A stretch of 50,981 nt of DNA, filler included, from Sphacelaria rigidula (taxonomy: Eukaryota): assembly GCA_964200075.2 (NCBI GenBank). It is 3 parts of 3 records of this genome, joined end to end, with 100 filler letters (N's around TTAATTAATTAA, not from the genome) between each part and the next. Parts side by side here need not be neighbours in the genome. Positions count along the whole stretch, not along the records: positions 17,031 to 33,957 come from CAXNAA020001214.1; positions 34,058 to 50,981 come from CAXNAA020001215.1; 1 more part is not named here. One strand, written 5' to 3'. A program made the translations under genes and the position numbers. This document shows, one piece after another, positions 23,331 to 34,955 of the stretch. Under the pieces are notes generated by a model, which worked only from the letters and a program-made list of their open reading frames with translations, was not told where the DNA came from and searched no databases. The number at the start of each line of letters is the position of its first letter. Position 1 is the first letter of the stretch.

Positions 23331-25064
23331 CAGTCCCATCCACACAAGGCGGTGAACTCCCGGTCCGCATCGAAACGGTGGAGAGCAGGATCACCAAAAT
23401 TCTTCTTGATTTAGCACTTCCTTCTCTGACGATTATACTGGGTACTGCATCCGTCGGGTTCGCAGGCCGGAACGGATCCTGCCGGCGTCATCGTCGATCT
23501 TCGCCCAGCTAGGGATGAACGCTCACGGAAACCCAGCAGAGAAGGAGCATCTAGGCTCCCTCATATACACGAGGGTCGGGGGCTAAAGGTTCCCGGTCAA
23601 AGAAGCTCGACAGGTCAAGGTTAAGCTTCTCTCGCGCGGTTACTGCGTTCTACCACGGACCCTTGCCAGCGTACCGGACGAGGGAGCAACATACCCGTAC
23701 AGACAATAGCAACGCTAGCGTTTCTCTGACAGTCTTGCAGCCGGCAGGGTGGTTATTGTGGTGTTCTTCTAGCGGCATCAACTAGAAGCGCACTGAAGCA
23801 GAAAATGCGCGTGAATATTTGGGCGATTGCCTCACTTGCACTTCGCCCATACGTTGCGGATTCGTTCACGATCTCACCGAGCAACATTATATGTGGAAAC
23901 GTATACGACACGCTGGACATAGTTTTTTACAATAAGTACGAACACAACGTTAAAAGTGTGCTGCGCACAGGATGGAACCTATTGTCGACTGTAGTTTGTG
24001 TAATACTCGTACTTACAGTCGGTAACTGCACGCTACGACTACACTTACAGACAACAGTGTGTAGCAATCTCCACGGTGTGAAATGTTACAGGCGGTTTTC
24101 ACGCCATAGCGGCCGTGTCACCATACAGCTTCGCCCAAGATGCAAGCAGCCATAATGGCGGCGGAGGCGGCCTTTCACTCCAGCGTGCGCCCCCTGGGGC
24201 AAACGCACGCTTAGCTGCAACACGGACAACTGTTCAAAACGTGGGGTTGCGATATAGCGCGTAGCTGGGAGTGATACTCCACGTACACGTTGGCCGCAGT
24301 ACAAGCGTCTGCGTTCATGTTGTGACGAACTGCATAGGACGGCGCGGAATCAATGCAGTACACGGGAAGGCGAAGGATCTGATGTCCTGCGGGGTGTTTT
24401 GTGACCCTGCACCCTGCTGTTGTGCAGTGAGCAGGAAGAATCGCCCATGGCGTCACGCTACGGTAGGTGCGCAGTATCGAACACAGGCAGCAAGCATTAC
24501 ATGATATGTAAGTGTGTTTCAAGACAGATGCGCACAGGGTGGGGCCCGCACCTAGAGGAACATGCACCAACGTTGCCCTGTTCTAGCGTACCCAGACAAT
24601 TTTCAGCAGTGATCGCTTGCGATTTGTGCTGTGACGGATCTCGTGCGTGATGAGGCCTCCTCTACCGTGGAGCATCGCCCGTGAAGCCAGCTGTTGGAGC
24701 TGACAGTGCTCAACCCTCTTCCGACGATCACCTCCCCGCTAAACTCAAGATAATTGAAAATGTGGAACATGACTCCATCTACTCGAACGCACACGTCTCC
24801 GACACTAAGGCCTCCATATTATTGGAGAGGAATAACGCTGTTCCGGGAGACGGCACCGGATATTTAGGTGGAAAAAAAAGAAGAAGAGGAGACAGACCAA
24901 AAGTACCAGCAGACGGTCAAGGTTGTCTACGCGCATGTTTTCACCGAAAACACTTGCCACATCAGTGCTGTGCGGATGAAAAATAGCTATCGTGTTCATG
25001 CCATAAGCACGTATCTTGTGCCAGCTTTTGGAGAAATGTTCATCGCCCGTTCGTGCGCTGTGGT

Positions 25065-26400
25065 TACACTTTTACTTATTATGCTAGCATAATATCTGCC
25101 ATGATTTCATCTTCGTAGCATGAATTGCACAGCGTTTCAGCAAGTAGCATTATTCCCACATTAGGAACATAATCAAGCATAATTTTCACCACAGGGGTCG
25201 GCGCATTGGTGTACATGCTGGCCTGCTGCATCATTGACCGCGGGCCTGACATACATATATGCTCTGCAACGTACAAATGCAGGTAGGTGGGTAGTACTTC
25301 GTATACAGTATATATACGGTATGTACCACACGCAGATAGTGATCGGTGTGTCTGTATCCAGTCGAAAATGGCGTCTCTGTTGGATATTACGAGCATAATC
25401 AAGCATACTGTGTTTGAGAGTGCGAGCATAAGACCATCTTTTATGGCAGTCACCAATCTGGAGTTTTTCGAGCATCAGGGGGGACAAGAATCGAGGAATG
25501 CATTGTATGGACCCTGATTTCGACCAAATTGAGGGAGAAAAAATCGGGGTGTCACGATCTCAAAACGGTTTCCCCCGATTTTTCGAGAAAATCGAGGGAA
25601 ATCTTTCCGAGACTGTGACTCCCCGCGATTTTTTTCAGGTGAAGTGCGGGCACTGACGTACAATGGTAGGGCACGATGCGTTTGATGCTTTTGCAACCGC
25701 AGCAGCAGACATTCTCGTGACATCGCGCGGGGCGTGCCTGCCCTCGTCAGCTACTGAGGAAGCTCCGCACGGGGTTTGACAAGCGGATAATAAGTGCTGA
25801 CGCCGTACCCTGCGGCGGTGGTAATATTTTATGCTGCGTTGCGCTGCCATATGCATCACTAAAACGAACGGTACTGTACTCTCCTAGTCTGTTGTCGCTG
25901 TACTTGCAGGGTGATGTATGACACTGGACTACTGAACTCCGCTCGCGCACTCTTCGCTCACTGTTCTCGCAATACTGACTGACTGTGCCATAACGTACTG
26001 CCACATGGTATCATCATGTACTGTACTGATGTAGTGTCCTGCGCTGTATTACCATAGTGTACCAAAGTGCGACACTGTACTCGAAGGATTACCGCCTGCC
26101 TGCTCTTCGGCTTCATGCACTAGTACACAGTACCACACTCATGCAAGAAAACGACCGTCTGTGTACAGAACTGTTTCACAAATCTGTTATACTGTCTGTG
26201 TCATAAAACGACCCCCTCGATTTTGAGCTTGCGAAATTGAGTTCTCCCGGGTTTTCCAAAATCGGAGTTTTGAAAAGATCGAGATTCGTTGCTATAAAAG
26301 TTGGTCTAAATCGAGCATAATTTCCACTTTACGAGCATAAGTTTTGGTGAGATTACTGGCATAAAAAAATGGCTTTACTAGCATAATAAGTAAAAGCTTA
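25065..26400. mobile_element. hAT-type non-autonomous element (1336 bp)
   Basis: TIR TA(CA/AG)CTTTTACTTATTATGCTAG with a perfect 19-bp core; 8-bp TSD GCTGTGGT/GCTGTAGT; many subterminal AGCATAA motifs; the empty site is visible in the paralogous arm at ~31735-31760. Confidence 0.85.
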
Positions 26401-27087
26401 GCTGTAGTAGATAAAATTGGGCCGGAATCCTTAAAAGAGGTGGATATAAATGTGGTCTGTACTTGTGTGCCAGCAGGTGCGCGATTTCATGCTTCGTCGA
26501 GCCTGTCACCCCCACCGTATGCCTTGGGCTGAAGGGGTGGTGAAAAGTAATAAACATGCCGCTTGAGGTTGTGACAGGACAGCGTTCCGCGAAAGCTCCT
26601 GATAATTAATCGGATTCGAAATGATGTGCGTGTGCGAAGGAATGATGGCTGGTGACTTCGTGGTGCATGTCCAGCTCGTGCGATACAACATGTGTACCGG
26701 TGTTATTCCTTTTCAATATTATGGAGGCATTTTACTGAAATTATAATTCATCATCCGCGGCGTCAATCACAAGCGGTCATGCTCCAAGGCCTAAATATGC
26801 TGAGACTAGGGACAGACGTCCTTGTTAGAGAGGTCTCCACATCAGTACGGATACCTGGTGCTACAGACCAGCCATCGCGCATTTGACAGCCGGATGGGAA
26901 AGGATGCATATTTTTGCGAAAGGGGGAAGCGCTTACCGCACGATAGGTATCCGCTCACGGCAATGCCCGACGAAGTCGACACTGTGTGTTCCTAGTGGCA
27001 GAACAACGAGTACTGTTGTGGCACTGACTGTACGATGCGAGCCACCCCTCGACAGGGCTAGAATACCCGCAATCCATCCGTGAAAAA

Positions 27088-28011
27088 TAGATCTGTGAAC
27101 TGGTTTGGCTCATCAGTTAATTGGTTGCAAAAAATTAGAACCACTTACAGTTATCAGTTCAAAGTGGATGACTGGCGGCGAAGCCGCACCACGACTTTAC
27201 CACCATTGCCTGGCAAGGCAACGCGGCGGAGTCGCGTAAACGACCCCCCCCGGCTGGTGAGGGTGCCCCGGCAGAGGCGCCGATGGAGGCAAGAAAATTA
27301 CGTCATTTGGCTTCACATCTCTTTAGAATCGCGGTAAATTCTAGTCGCCTAGCGCCAGCAATTCGAGCATGTAATCGGTGCACAGAAATATGTGGGGGAA
27401 GAAGAAACATCACTGAACTTTGTGACGTTAAGGAAAAAACGAAGCGGTGAGACAGTAGTGCAGCATACATAGCGTTAAGCGTGTACCACCCAAGGACCAG
27501 GAGCTACTATTAGCACGACAACTTGGTAACGTTAATGAGGGTGACTTCATTAGCCAGGAAAAGTAACAGAAATATCTACTCGCTTCGGTATCACATCGAC
27601 CAGCCACCACTGGACGCATATAAGACACAACAACGCTACGGAACGCAGTTTTGCTTCATATTCCAGATCCGCTAAATCAACAACTGTCCTTGCCTAATCT
27701 CAATTTTTTCTAATATATTATAGTATACTGTCTGCGTTATTCGTGTCTGCGTTATTCGTGTCTACGTCTCGGTGTGTGCGCTGTGAGGTCATGTGCTCGC
27801 CCCTGTAACAGCGTCTCCACGGCCATTGTAGTACGCTAATACTTCAGAAGTATTGACTTGAGTATGACACGTATTACATAAAACACTTTGGAGTATGACA
27901 CATATGTCAGGTGAGATAAGTGGTTCAACTAGTTACGAAACCGACCAGTTAATCAGTAGCACCAGTCAACTGAAACTGGTCAGTTAAACTGGCAGCCAGT
28001 TCCCAACTCTA
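27088..28011. mobile_element. hAT-type element related to 10003-11420, nested in 26695-30231
   Basis: TAGATCTGTGAACTGG / CCAGTTCCCAACTCTA; TSD GTGAAAAA/GTGGAAAA; shares the CCCCCCCGGCTGGTGAGGG core with 10156-10200. Confidence 0.8.
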
Positions 28012-29416
28012 GTGGAAAATCTTCAATTTGCAACTCGCATTCTGTCCGATCCTGGAACCGAGTGAAAACTCCGCACGAGGGCGATCACGCGCTTGCCAGA
28101 GAAAGGTAAATATCTTCACGTCTGACCATACCGCCGAAGAGTATCGGGTTGATTCTGATAGGAGAAAACACGAGCAATTACCCCCCGTCATTCTCAGACC
28201 GTCATGGTAACCGCCACGCTAGGTCTGGCACTGTGAGGGAGGAGATGTTGCCCCCTGACAGGACCTCGATCCAGTCGGCGTCATCGTGGTCCCAAAGAGC
28301 AAAATGGCCACAGAGCGAGAATTTCACTGACGGAACACGAAAACGTTTAACACGAAAAAGAAGGAACGAAATTTTGTCGGATGTGGAACGTCACGAGGAA
28401 CACGGGGGATGCCGCGACGATTCGTGTACAAAAGGTGAAACGCAAACGTAATTGCGAAATCGGAGGAACATGAGAAGGAGGGTAAATGAAGCCGCCTCAG
28501 ATGATGAGAAATGACGAGGGAAGAGATAGGCATCGAAGAGTTACCGAAGGCGGGTGAAGGAGTGGGAATGGAAAAGAAGAGGGAGGAAGAGGACAGACGG
28601 TGGTGGGGGTTGTACCCCGTTGCGCAAGTACCTATTTCCTTGCTTCTTCAGCGCCTCCCTAACGGTGAACCCGTTTTGCACTGCAACACAACATGTCTTG
28701 TTTGGGACCGAAATGTGGATATCGGGGGCCGACATATACTAAAATGCAGCACGCCGTAGTGATGATGTGCAGTTTATGTTGGAGCCGCGGATGAAATGGT
28801 TGGAGGGGGAAGGGGATCGTATCGTGGTAGACACGCAATGAGATGGGAGATCGCCGGGGAGTGAGTGGTTGTGGGGCCCTTCATTCGTTGGCAAGGAGAT
28901 GATAGAAGCATGGACGTAGATGGGATATCAAGGGAGAGATGGCCATGTCGACAATGCATGGTGCAGAGCTCAGGCATTGTAAGATTTTTAGCGAAAAGGG
29001 AAAGGGTAATGGCGATTCGTCGATCGACCGAGGGACGGAAGGGCATGTGGGTGCGATTTGGATTTTTGTTTTTTTCGGGGGAATGTTCAAGGCGTTTCGA
29101 CGGCGAAATACCCGGATTTAAACGATGAATCCTCTTGTGGTGATCTTCGGTAAGTTTGGCTATGTGAATACGTGTTCGAAAGGATTTCCCGGGAAATTCC
29201 GATGGTATATTGGCAGCGAATGAAGGGCGCATAGAGGACCGTTTGTGCAGAGGTAACGTACGGTAATGTACAATTTCCGTAGATGGCTGCTGAATATTTT
29301 CGAGGAACGGCAGGGAATCATCGGGATTTCGACGATGAATTATGTGGTCGAGAGTTATAGTGATGTACCATGTCGTAATTTTATGAAAGTCTCACGTGGT
29401 ATCGTCGGTGTCGTAG

Positions 29417-29785
29417 GTGTGTTGTGTTGTGTGTTGTCGTCCCATCTGTTCTGGACGCCGGTCTACACCTTTTGGTATTTGTGGGCGCACCAGCCGAGGT
29501 CACACAGGAGGAAGGTCAACACAGGAGTTTGTTGTCTTTTTTACTTGTTCTTAGTACCTCCCCCCTTCCTTCTGCGGTGCTTGCTTCTCTTTTTTTATCG
29601 CGAGAGGGGTTCAGCAGTCCCCTTCCCTCGTCGACCGTTGAGTCGAATTTTATGTACTCAGGACATAATCGCTCTCCACTGTTGGGCATGGTATGAGAAA
29701 AAAAATCTAGATCGCTTCGAGATTTGAACCCACGACCCAACCGTCAGAGGGTTTCGAGGTTGCCAAGTGAGCCACCGGCGCGACC
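29417..29785 (-). mobile_element. tRNA-derived SINE
   Basis: Minus-strand head GGTCGCGCCGGTGGCTCACTTGG (A box)...GGGTTCAAATCTC (B box) and (CAACA)n tail; partial copies at 46145-46308 and ~7545-7585. Confidence 0.8.
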
Positions 29786-29807
29786 TGTCACATAGGTGCG
29801 ATACTTA

Positions 29808-29970
29808 AAAATACTCGATTGGGCGGGTACAGCAGGAGGTATTGAAATCTCGAAAAACCGTGGTATCGCGGGTATCGTAGGTATGAGTTTTAAAATACCC
29901 GATCGAGCGGGTACGGTAGGTATTGACATCTCGAAATACCGTGGTATCGTGTGTACCGTAGGTATGACAT
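29808..29970. repeat. Tandem duplication of ~83 bp, rich in GGTA/TACC motifs
   Basis: AAAATAC.CGAT.G.GCGGGTAC..AGGTATTGA.ATCTCGAAA.ACCGTGGTATCG occurs twice. Confidence 0.75.
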
Positions 29971-32900
29971 GTGAAAAAAACCGATTGGACCAATATCGGT
30001 AGGATATTAAACGTCCTAAATACCAGTACCGGGTACCCACCTACCTTACCTACGGTGCCTGTGCATACTTCCAAGCCACGCAGCGCGTAAAACGCCTCGG
30101 GTCACCGAAACTGCTGCGTCAATAGCTACCTGTGGCTTCAGTCCACACATCAGACGCGAGGTGTACTATGTTGGAGCGCCTAATCTAATATAATACCGCC
30201 CCCATTGTGTTGAAAAGGAATAATCCTGGTAATGCGTTGACCATCTCCTGCACGTTCTGCGCCGTTGTTGTCCAGTAGTGCACTCGCTTCTTCTCTACAG
30301 AGTACAGTGAAGTAGAGCTGCCCACAGTAGGGAAATGGACAGAAGAACATGAAGCGAAAACTAGAAATAACACATGGCACCAGGCGTACTCACCGACCTG
30401 GTGAACTGAAACTCCAGACGCTGTTGTAGCAGAGGGCGTCCGTGCGGGATCAAGGGAGCACGATATGCTTTGAACGGGACAATCAAACCCGCGGTCGGGT
30501 GATGGAGTATCCCTTGCGGAAAAATAGATGTCAGGCAGCAGTGCTCAGAGATCATGGCATGCACAGACAACGGCATTTTTGAGTAATAAATAGTGTTTGA
30601 TCCGAGCTTATTTGTTTTTTTTCAGTCCAAAGCCGAGATGTCTTTCGCTATCCGGGCCACTGGCTCACTGTCATCGCGTGCCCGAGGGGGCTATTGGAAA
30701 ATGACTCTTTGCTTTTACGAAAACCATTCACTTTTTTCAGGGGTGTTCATCGTTGGTTTGTGCGCTGTACTTGGTGTCATTGAACCAGACTTCGTTGAGA
30801 GGATAGATATCTTCAGAGGGATGCTAGAACTGTGTATCAAAATAATTGAAGTTTAGTGATTTTTTCATTTCTCTGACTCCGTCGCGTGTGCATTTTTGGG
30901 GGTGGTGGTGAAGAACGTGACACTACACTGCGCGTAACAGTCCTGTGCGTACCCGAGACTGACCAAGTGGCTCGGATAGCAAAATACATCTCGGCTTCGG
31001 AGTCACCAGACCCAAATTAGCTCATTTCCACCACTTCTTATTAATCAATCCTCTCGATATCTGTGCATACCGTGCTCTCTGAGCAGATCGCTGCTGACTA
31101 ACATCTACTAATATTTGTTCTCAATCGGTACTGTAGTACAGTATATCACCATCCGACCGCGGGTTTGATTGTCACCTCCACAGCACGTAAACCATTCGCC
31201 TTTGGTCCCCACGTGTGTTCCCGCACGGATACCGTCTCTCTACTATATGCCCAAACCCGCCCTCTACTACAACAGTGCCTGGAGTTTCAGTCAGTGAGCT
31301 CGGTGAGTGAGCCTGCTGCCATGTACTATTTTTAGTCTTCGCTTCATGTTTCTCTGTCCACTCCCCTACTGTACTGTCGGCAGCTCTACTTCAATGTACT
31401 CTGTAGAGAAGAATCGAGCGCACTACTGAACGGCAACGATGCACACCCTGCAGGCGATGATCGTTGAATCGCACGAGCTGGACAAGCACCACGACATTGC
31501 CGGCCACGATTTTTCTCCGCATACGCAAAGCATGTCAAACCCGGATCAGGAGTTTGCGCGGAATGCTGTCCTGTCTGTACGAACCTCAATCGACATGTCC
31601 ATCACTTTTCACCACCCCTGCAGCACAAGGCATAGGGTGGGGGTAGCCGGCTCGATGAAGCATGAAATAGCACATCTGCTGGGACACAAGTATAGGTCAC
31701 CTCTATATCTACCTCTTTCAAGGAGCCCGACTCAATTTTGGCCACCACAGCGCACACACGGACGATAGCTATTTCTCCAAAACCTAGCACAACAACGCAC
31801 ATATTGCATGAACACGTTGAACAACATTTTCATGAGATTGACAGTAGAGAGCGCTGATCGAGAGTGGGTTTAATCATTCGCTTTGATGACCACTTTTTCA
31901 TTCTCTGTGTGCTTTTCTTTGCCTGAAACACTGGCGAATGCTGACAGCTACACGTCGATATCCTACTCTGGGATATCAAGAGCTTCAGTAGCAAGCTACT
32001 ACTGGAAGCGTGAAGGGCATCGTGAAGGGTCATTTCGGAACTGAAACGATTCACCCTCTAATTGGTCGCTCTCCCTCAATCGTATCCTCTACTCTCTCGT
32101 ATCACGGTAACATAGTCGATGATCATTTCCATCCACATAGCATTGATGCGGCACGTGTTTTCGATGAAAACATGTGCCTAGACAACCTTGACCATCTACT
32201 TCTACTGTTGTGGGTGGAAATTGGGCCCAATTTTGCGTACTATATTTCGGGAAAATGGGTCACGAATGCTATACTGTATGCGTAAGAATTGGACCGTACG
32301 TAATCGGGCGAATTATATCAATAAAAAATACACGCATCACCTGAAAACAACGACCTAGCTCATATGAAATGTGCTGCATTTATAGCACGTTCATTCAAGC
32401 CTGTGAGTGGGCGGTGTTGAGATATCGCTGTTCCTCCGAAAAAATCGCTCCAGATCACTGGGTGGAATCTCATGATGCACTAGCGTCCAGCTGCTGTACT
32501 ATACTCGGGAAGCACACGCCCCCAAGTTGTCACCCCACGTTCACCGCCAGGGCAAAGATAACAAGACAAGAACACGAACAGTGGCAGTTGTGGCCACCAC
32601 ACACCAACGCAACTGCAGTGAAACGCGTGCCTGTCATGGTTCTAGAACGAGAAAGTACGGATATTTGGAGACCATGAGCAGCAGCGTCGCCCATGTGAAA
32701 ACTACTGAGAACGATGTTGATGATGTTGACAATCAAGAGATTCACGCTGTGCGGATTGGCTGTGCGCTGTATGTCCTACACATAGCTGTGACTGCGGGAT
32801 TCGAGGGTGAATTTTTCACGAGCCCCATGGGGTCAGGGTCATGGCATGAGTGGGGGGAATCCCATCTTGTCAATCGCTTGGGCACGGTCTGGGACACTCT

Positions 32901-33957
32901 CTCTGGATCAACATCTTCAACATAATTTTTTCCCCCGATTCCAAAATTTCGTAAGGGACGAAGTTGGACAAACGTGACAAAAAAAAATGGGGAGGCCGGC
33001 AGAGACGAGATGGATGGTGATGGGGTAGGGGGCGAGTTTAATAAGTTAGTCACCGACTGCGCTCCTTCCCGTCTCTATGGTGCCCCGTTTTGACAGCAAG
33101 TTCGCGAAAGTCGCATAGCTTACATGTTCCCTGCAGTGTGTACAGGCAGTCACATGAAACATCGTTGCTCTGCCGACCCGGTCATACATGGCCAGTGCGT
33201 CATCGAGAATAAAAATCGCTCTAGACGCGTTGGGTTGTGTCTCGAAAACGTATGCCATAAGAGCCGAATTTCATCTGTGAACTCGTCCTCTACAAGCCAA
33301 AGGGTGAAAGAGTGTTCGCTCATGATACGTGAGGTTTGTCCTTTGCGCACACCCCACAGAACAGAGCAGCACATGGCGGACCGCCACTAAAGCAAATAGC
33401 ATGACATTGATTGACACGTCGAACAGATCATCATCTGTGTCACTTGAGTCATACAGGTGAAGCGTGAGCACATTTGTGTACACGATTCAAATGACATGAT
33501 GCAACCAGTCATGGAAAGGTACTTGTGATCCGGGTATCATCGATCACGAGGGAGGTATCTTGTACGGTTATGAAGGTACACAGGTTGCTTCCAAGGAGAT
33601 GATGTATAGTTCAAAAAAGTATACAAAAAATGGCATGTTCGTACGAGTTTTCGGGTCATGGAGATCACCATGAAGCGGACTTGTACGACTCATAATGCCA
33701 TACAGATCGTTCATCAGGATATGTGTACGGAGCGACCGGGCTCTACAGGTTATCAACCGAGGACTGTCTATGAGCTGGGCCAGCCGAGAAGCGATTCTGC
33801 AGTTTGCAGGCCCATTATACGGCCAATACTTGGAGTTGGACCCTGAAATTTGGTATGGACAATGAGTAGGGCATAATAATGTTCCTTTTTTTCTTTATTG
33901 TATTTTTTTTATTATTCTGTTCTATTTTTGCTGCTCCTGACCACGGGCTGGATTGTT

Positions 33958-34057
33958 NNNNNNNNNNNNNNNNNNNNNNNNNNNNNNNNNNNNNNNNNNN
34001 NTTAATTAATTAANNNNNNNNNNNNNNNNNNNNNNNNNNNNNNNNNNNNNNNNNNNN
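33958..34057. other. Assembly linker N44-TTAATTAATTAA-N44 (artificial contig join)
   Basis: Identical structure to 16931-17030; the flanking pieces are 16927 and 16924 nt. Confidence 0.97.
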
Positions 34058-34068
34058 TGATGATGATG

Positions 34069-34126
<58 letters not shown>

Positions 34127-34375
34127 GACTAATGCCGAGATAGCCCCCCCACAAAAAGTGCACCGGAGACAGTTTGACAACCCGGCTGCAATCCGACTAT
34201 TGCGCTCTTTTGCTGCAATTCCGCCCACATGAGAGGCGTGTAGCAGTCCGACATCAGCTATAACGCCTAAATGAGTCGCGTATTGCAGCACGAAACCAGC
34301 TCTAACGGTATTTATGATAATCGCCTCCGTGCACTTTTTTGGCCGGTTCGGGGGGGTGCTATCTCGGCAGCAGTC

Positions 34376-34406
<31 letters not shown>
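34058..34406. repeat. (TGA)n microsatellite interrupted by a MITE
   Basis: (TGA)n at 34058-34126 and 34376-34406. Confidence 0.9.
34127..34375. mobile_element. 249-bp MITE inside (TGA)n
   Basis: TIR GACT(AA/GC)TGCCGAGATAGC, then C-run and AAAAAGTGCAC on both arms; ATGA on both flanks. Confidence 0.75.
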
Positions 34407-34840
34407 CTGCTACCCACCAGTGGTCCTGGTGAAGACGGTACTCCATTACTACAGGAGTCACTCGTTCCTCGCACTATTTGGTCAGTATGGGGTGGCAAAC
34501 AAAGTTATACCGCTGCGTGCGCTCAGCCTCTGGGTGTTGAGCTCTTTACGAGTGGCACACGGAGTCGTCTGGCCTCACAAAATTCGATGTGCATACATTG
34601 GGAGGCCGGGACCTTTCGAGCTTATCCGACCCTGACAACTGCTGAAACTGCTCCCGCCGTGACACGTGTCACCTAATGTTGGTGGGCGCGTTGCGATACG
34701 AGTCCAATCTTCGACGCACACATACATGTGGGTTTCATGCATGTGTACATGGGCATATGTTATCGGCGTTTCTCCAAACTTGACCACATTGTTCTGCCGA
34801 TACCCCCCTCCTCGCTCCCGTGACCAACGCCGCTAATCAG

Positions 34841-34955
34841 ACGAGCAATCGAAAACAAGGCAAGCAGCGATATCCAAAGGGTGTATCGAGGCCATGCGGG
34901 CAGGGAAACTGCTCGTTTTGTCCGAAACGTTGTGCATTTAGTCTCCAAGGTACAG
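34841..34955 (+). CDS. IQ/WW/B-box gene exon (IQ motif)
   Basis: CAG acceptor, GTAAGC donor; encodes ASSDIQRVYRGHAGR (IQxxxRGxxxR). Confidence 0.8.

Larger units (their letters stand above)
26695..30231. mobile_element. 3.5-kb TIR element (TACC..GGTA ends, apparent 5-bp TSD), unclassified
   Basis: TIR TACCGGTGTTATTCCTTTTCAA vs TACCAGGATTATTCCTTTTCAA (19/22); TSD ATGTG/ATGCG; the empty site is visible in the paralogous arm at ~31450-31480. Confidence 0.75.
24905..32207. repeat. Old long inverted duplication (fold-back) centred at ~30810
   Basis: Left arm pieces 24905-25064, 26409-26694 and 30237-30672 are the diverged reverse complement of 32207-32125 / 31830-30955. Confidence 0.85.

Noticed and set aside
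24370..24410. DLMSCGVFC as another Ulp1 catalytic motif
   Set aside because: No upstream His or Asp motifs could be found; insufficient on its own.
28541..28735. Raf Ras-binding-domain-like peptide (IHISVPNK..VAVQNGFTVREAL)
   Set aside because: Only ~25 residues of resemblance, inside a decayed transposon, with no supporting exons; probably chance.
29715..29785. tRNA gene
   Set aside because: Has A and B boxes but no convincing cloverleaf, and continues into a repeated body with a simple-repeat tail; it is a SINE head.
17031..33957. Endogenous giant virus or prokaryotic island in the gene-free contig
   Set aside because: No long intact ORFs, operon structure or recognisable viral core genes; the identifiable content is nested eukaryotic transposon remains.
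34421..34485. Additional upstream exon of the IQ/WW gene
   Set aside because: Has a plausible acceptor, but the donors I tried give a stop or a phase clash with exon 34841; unresolved.
34010..34635. Poly-Ser/His/Asp ORFs
   Set aside because: Translations of the (TGA)n microsatellite and the gap.
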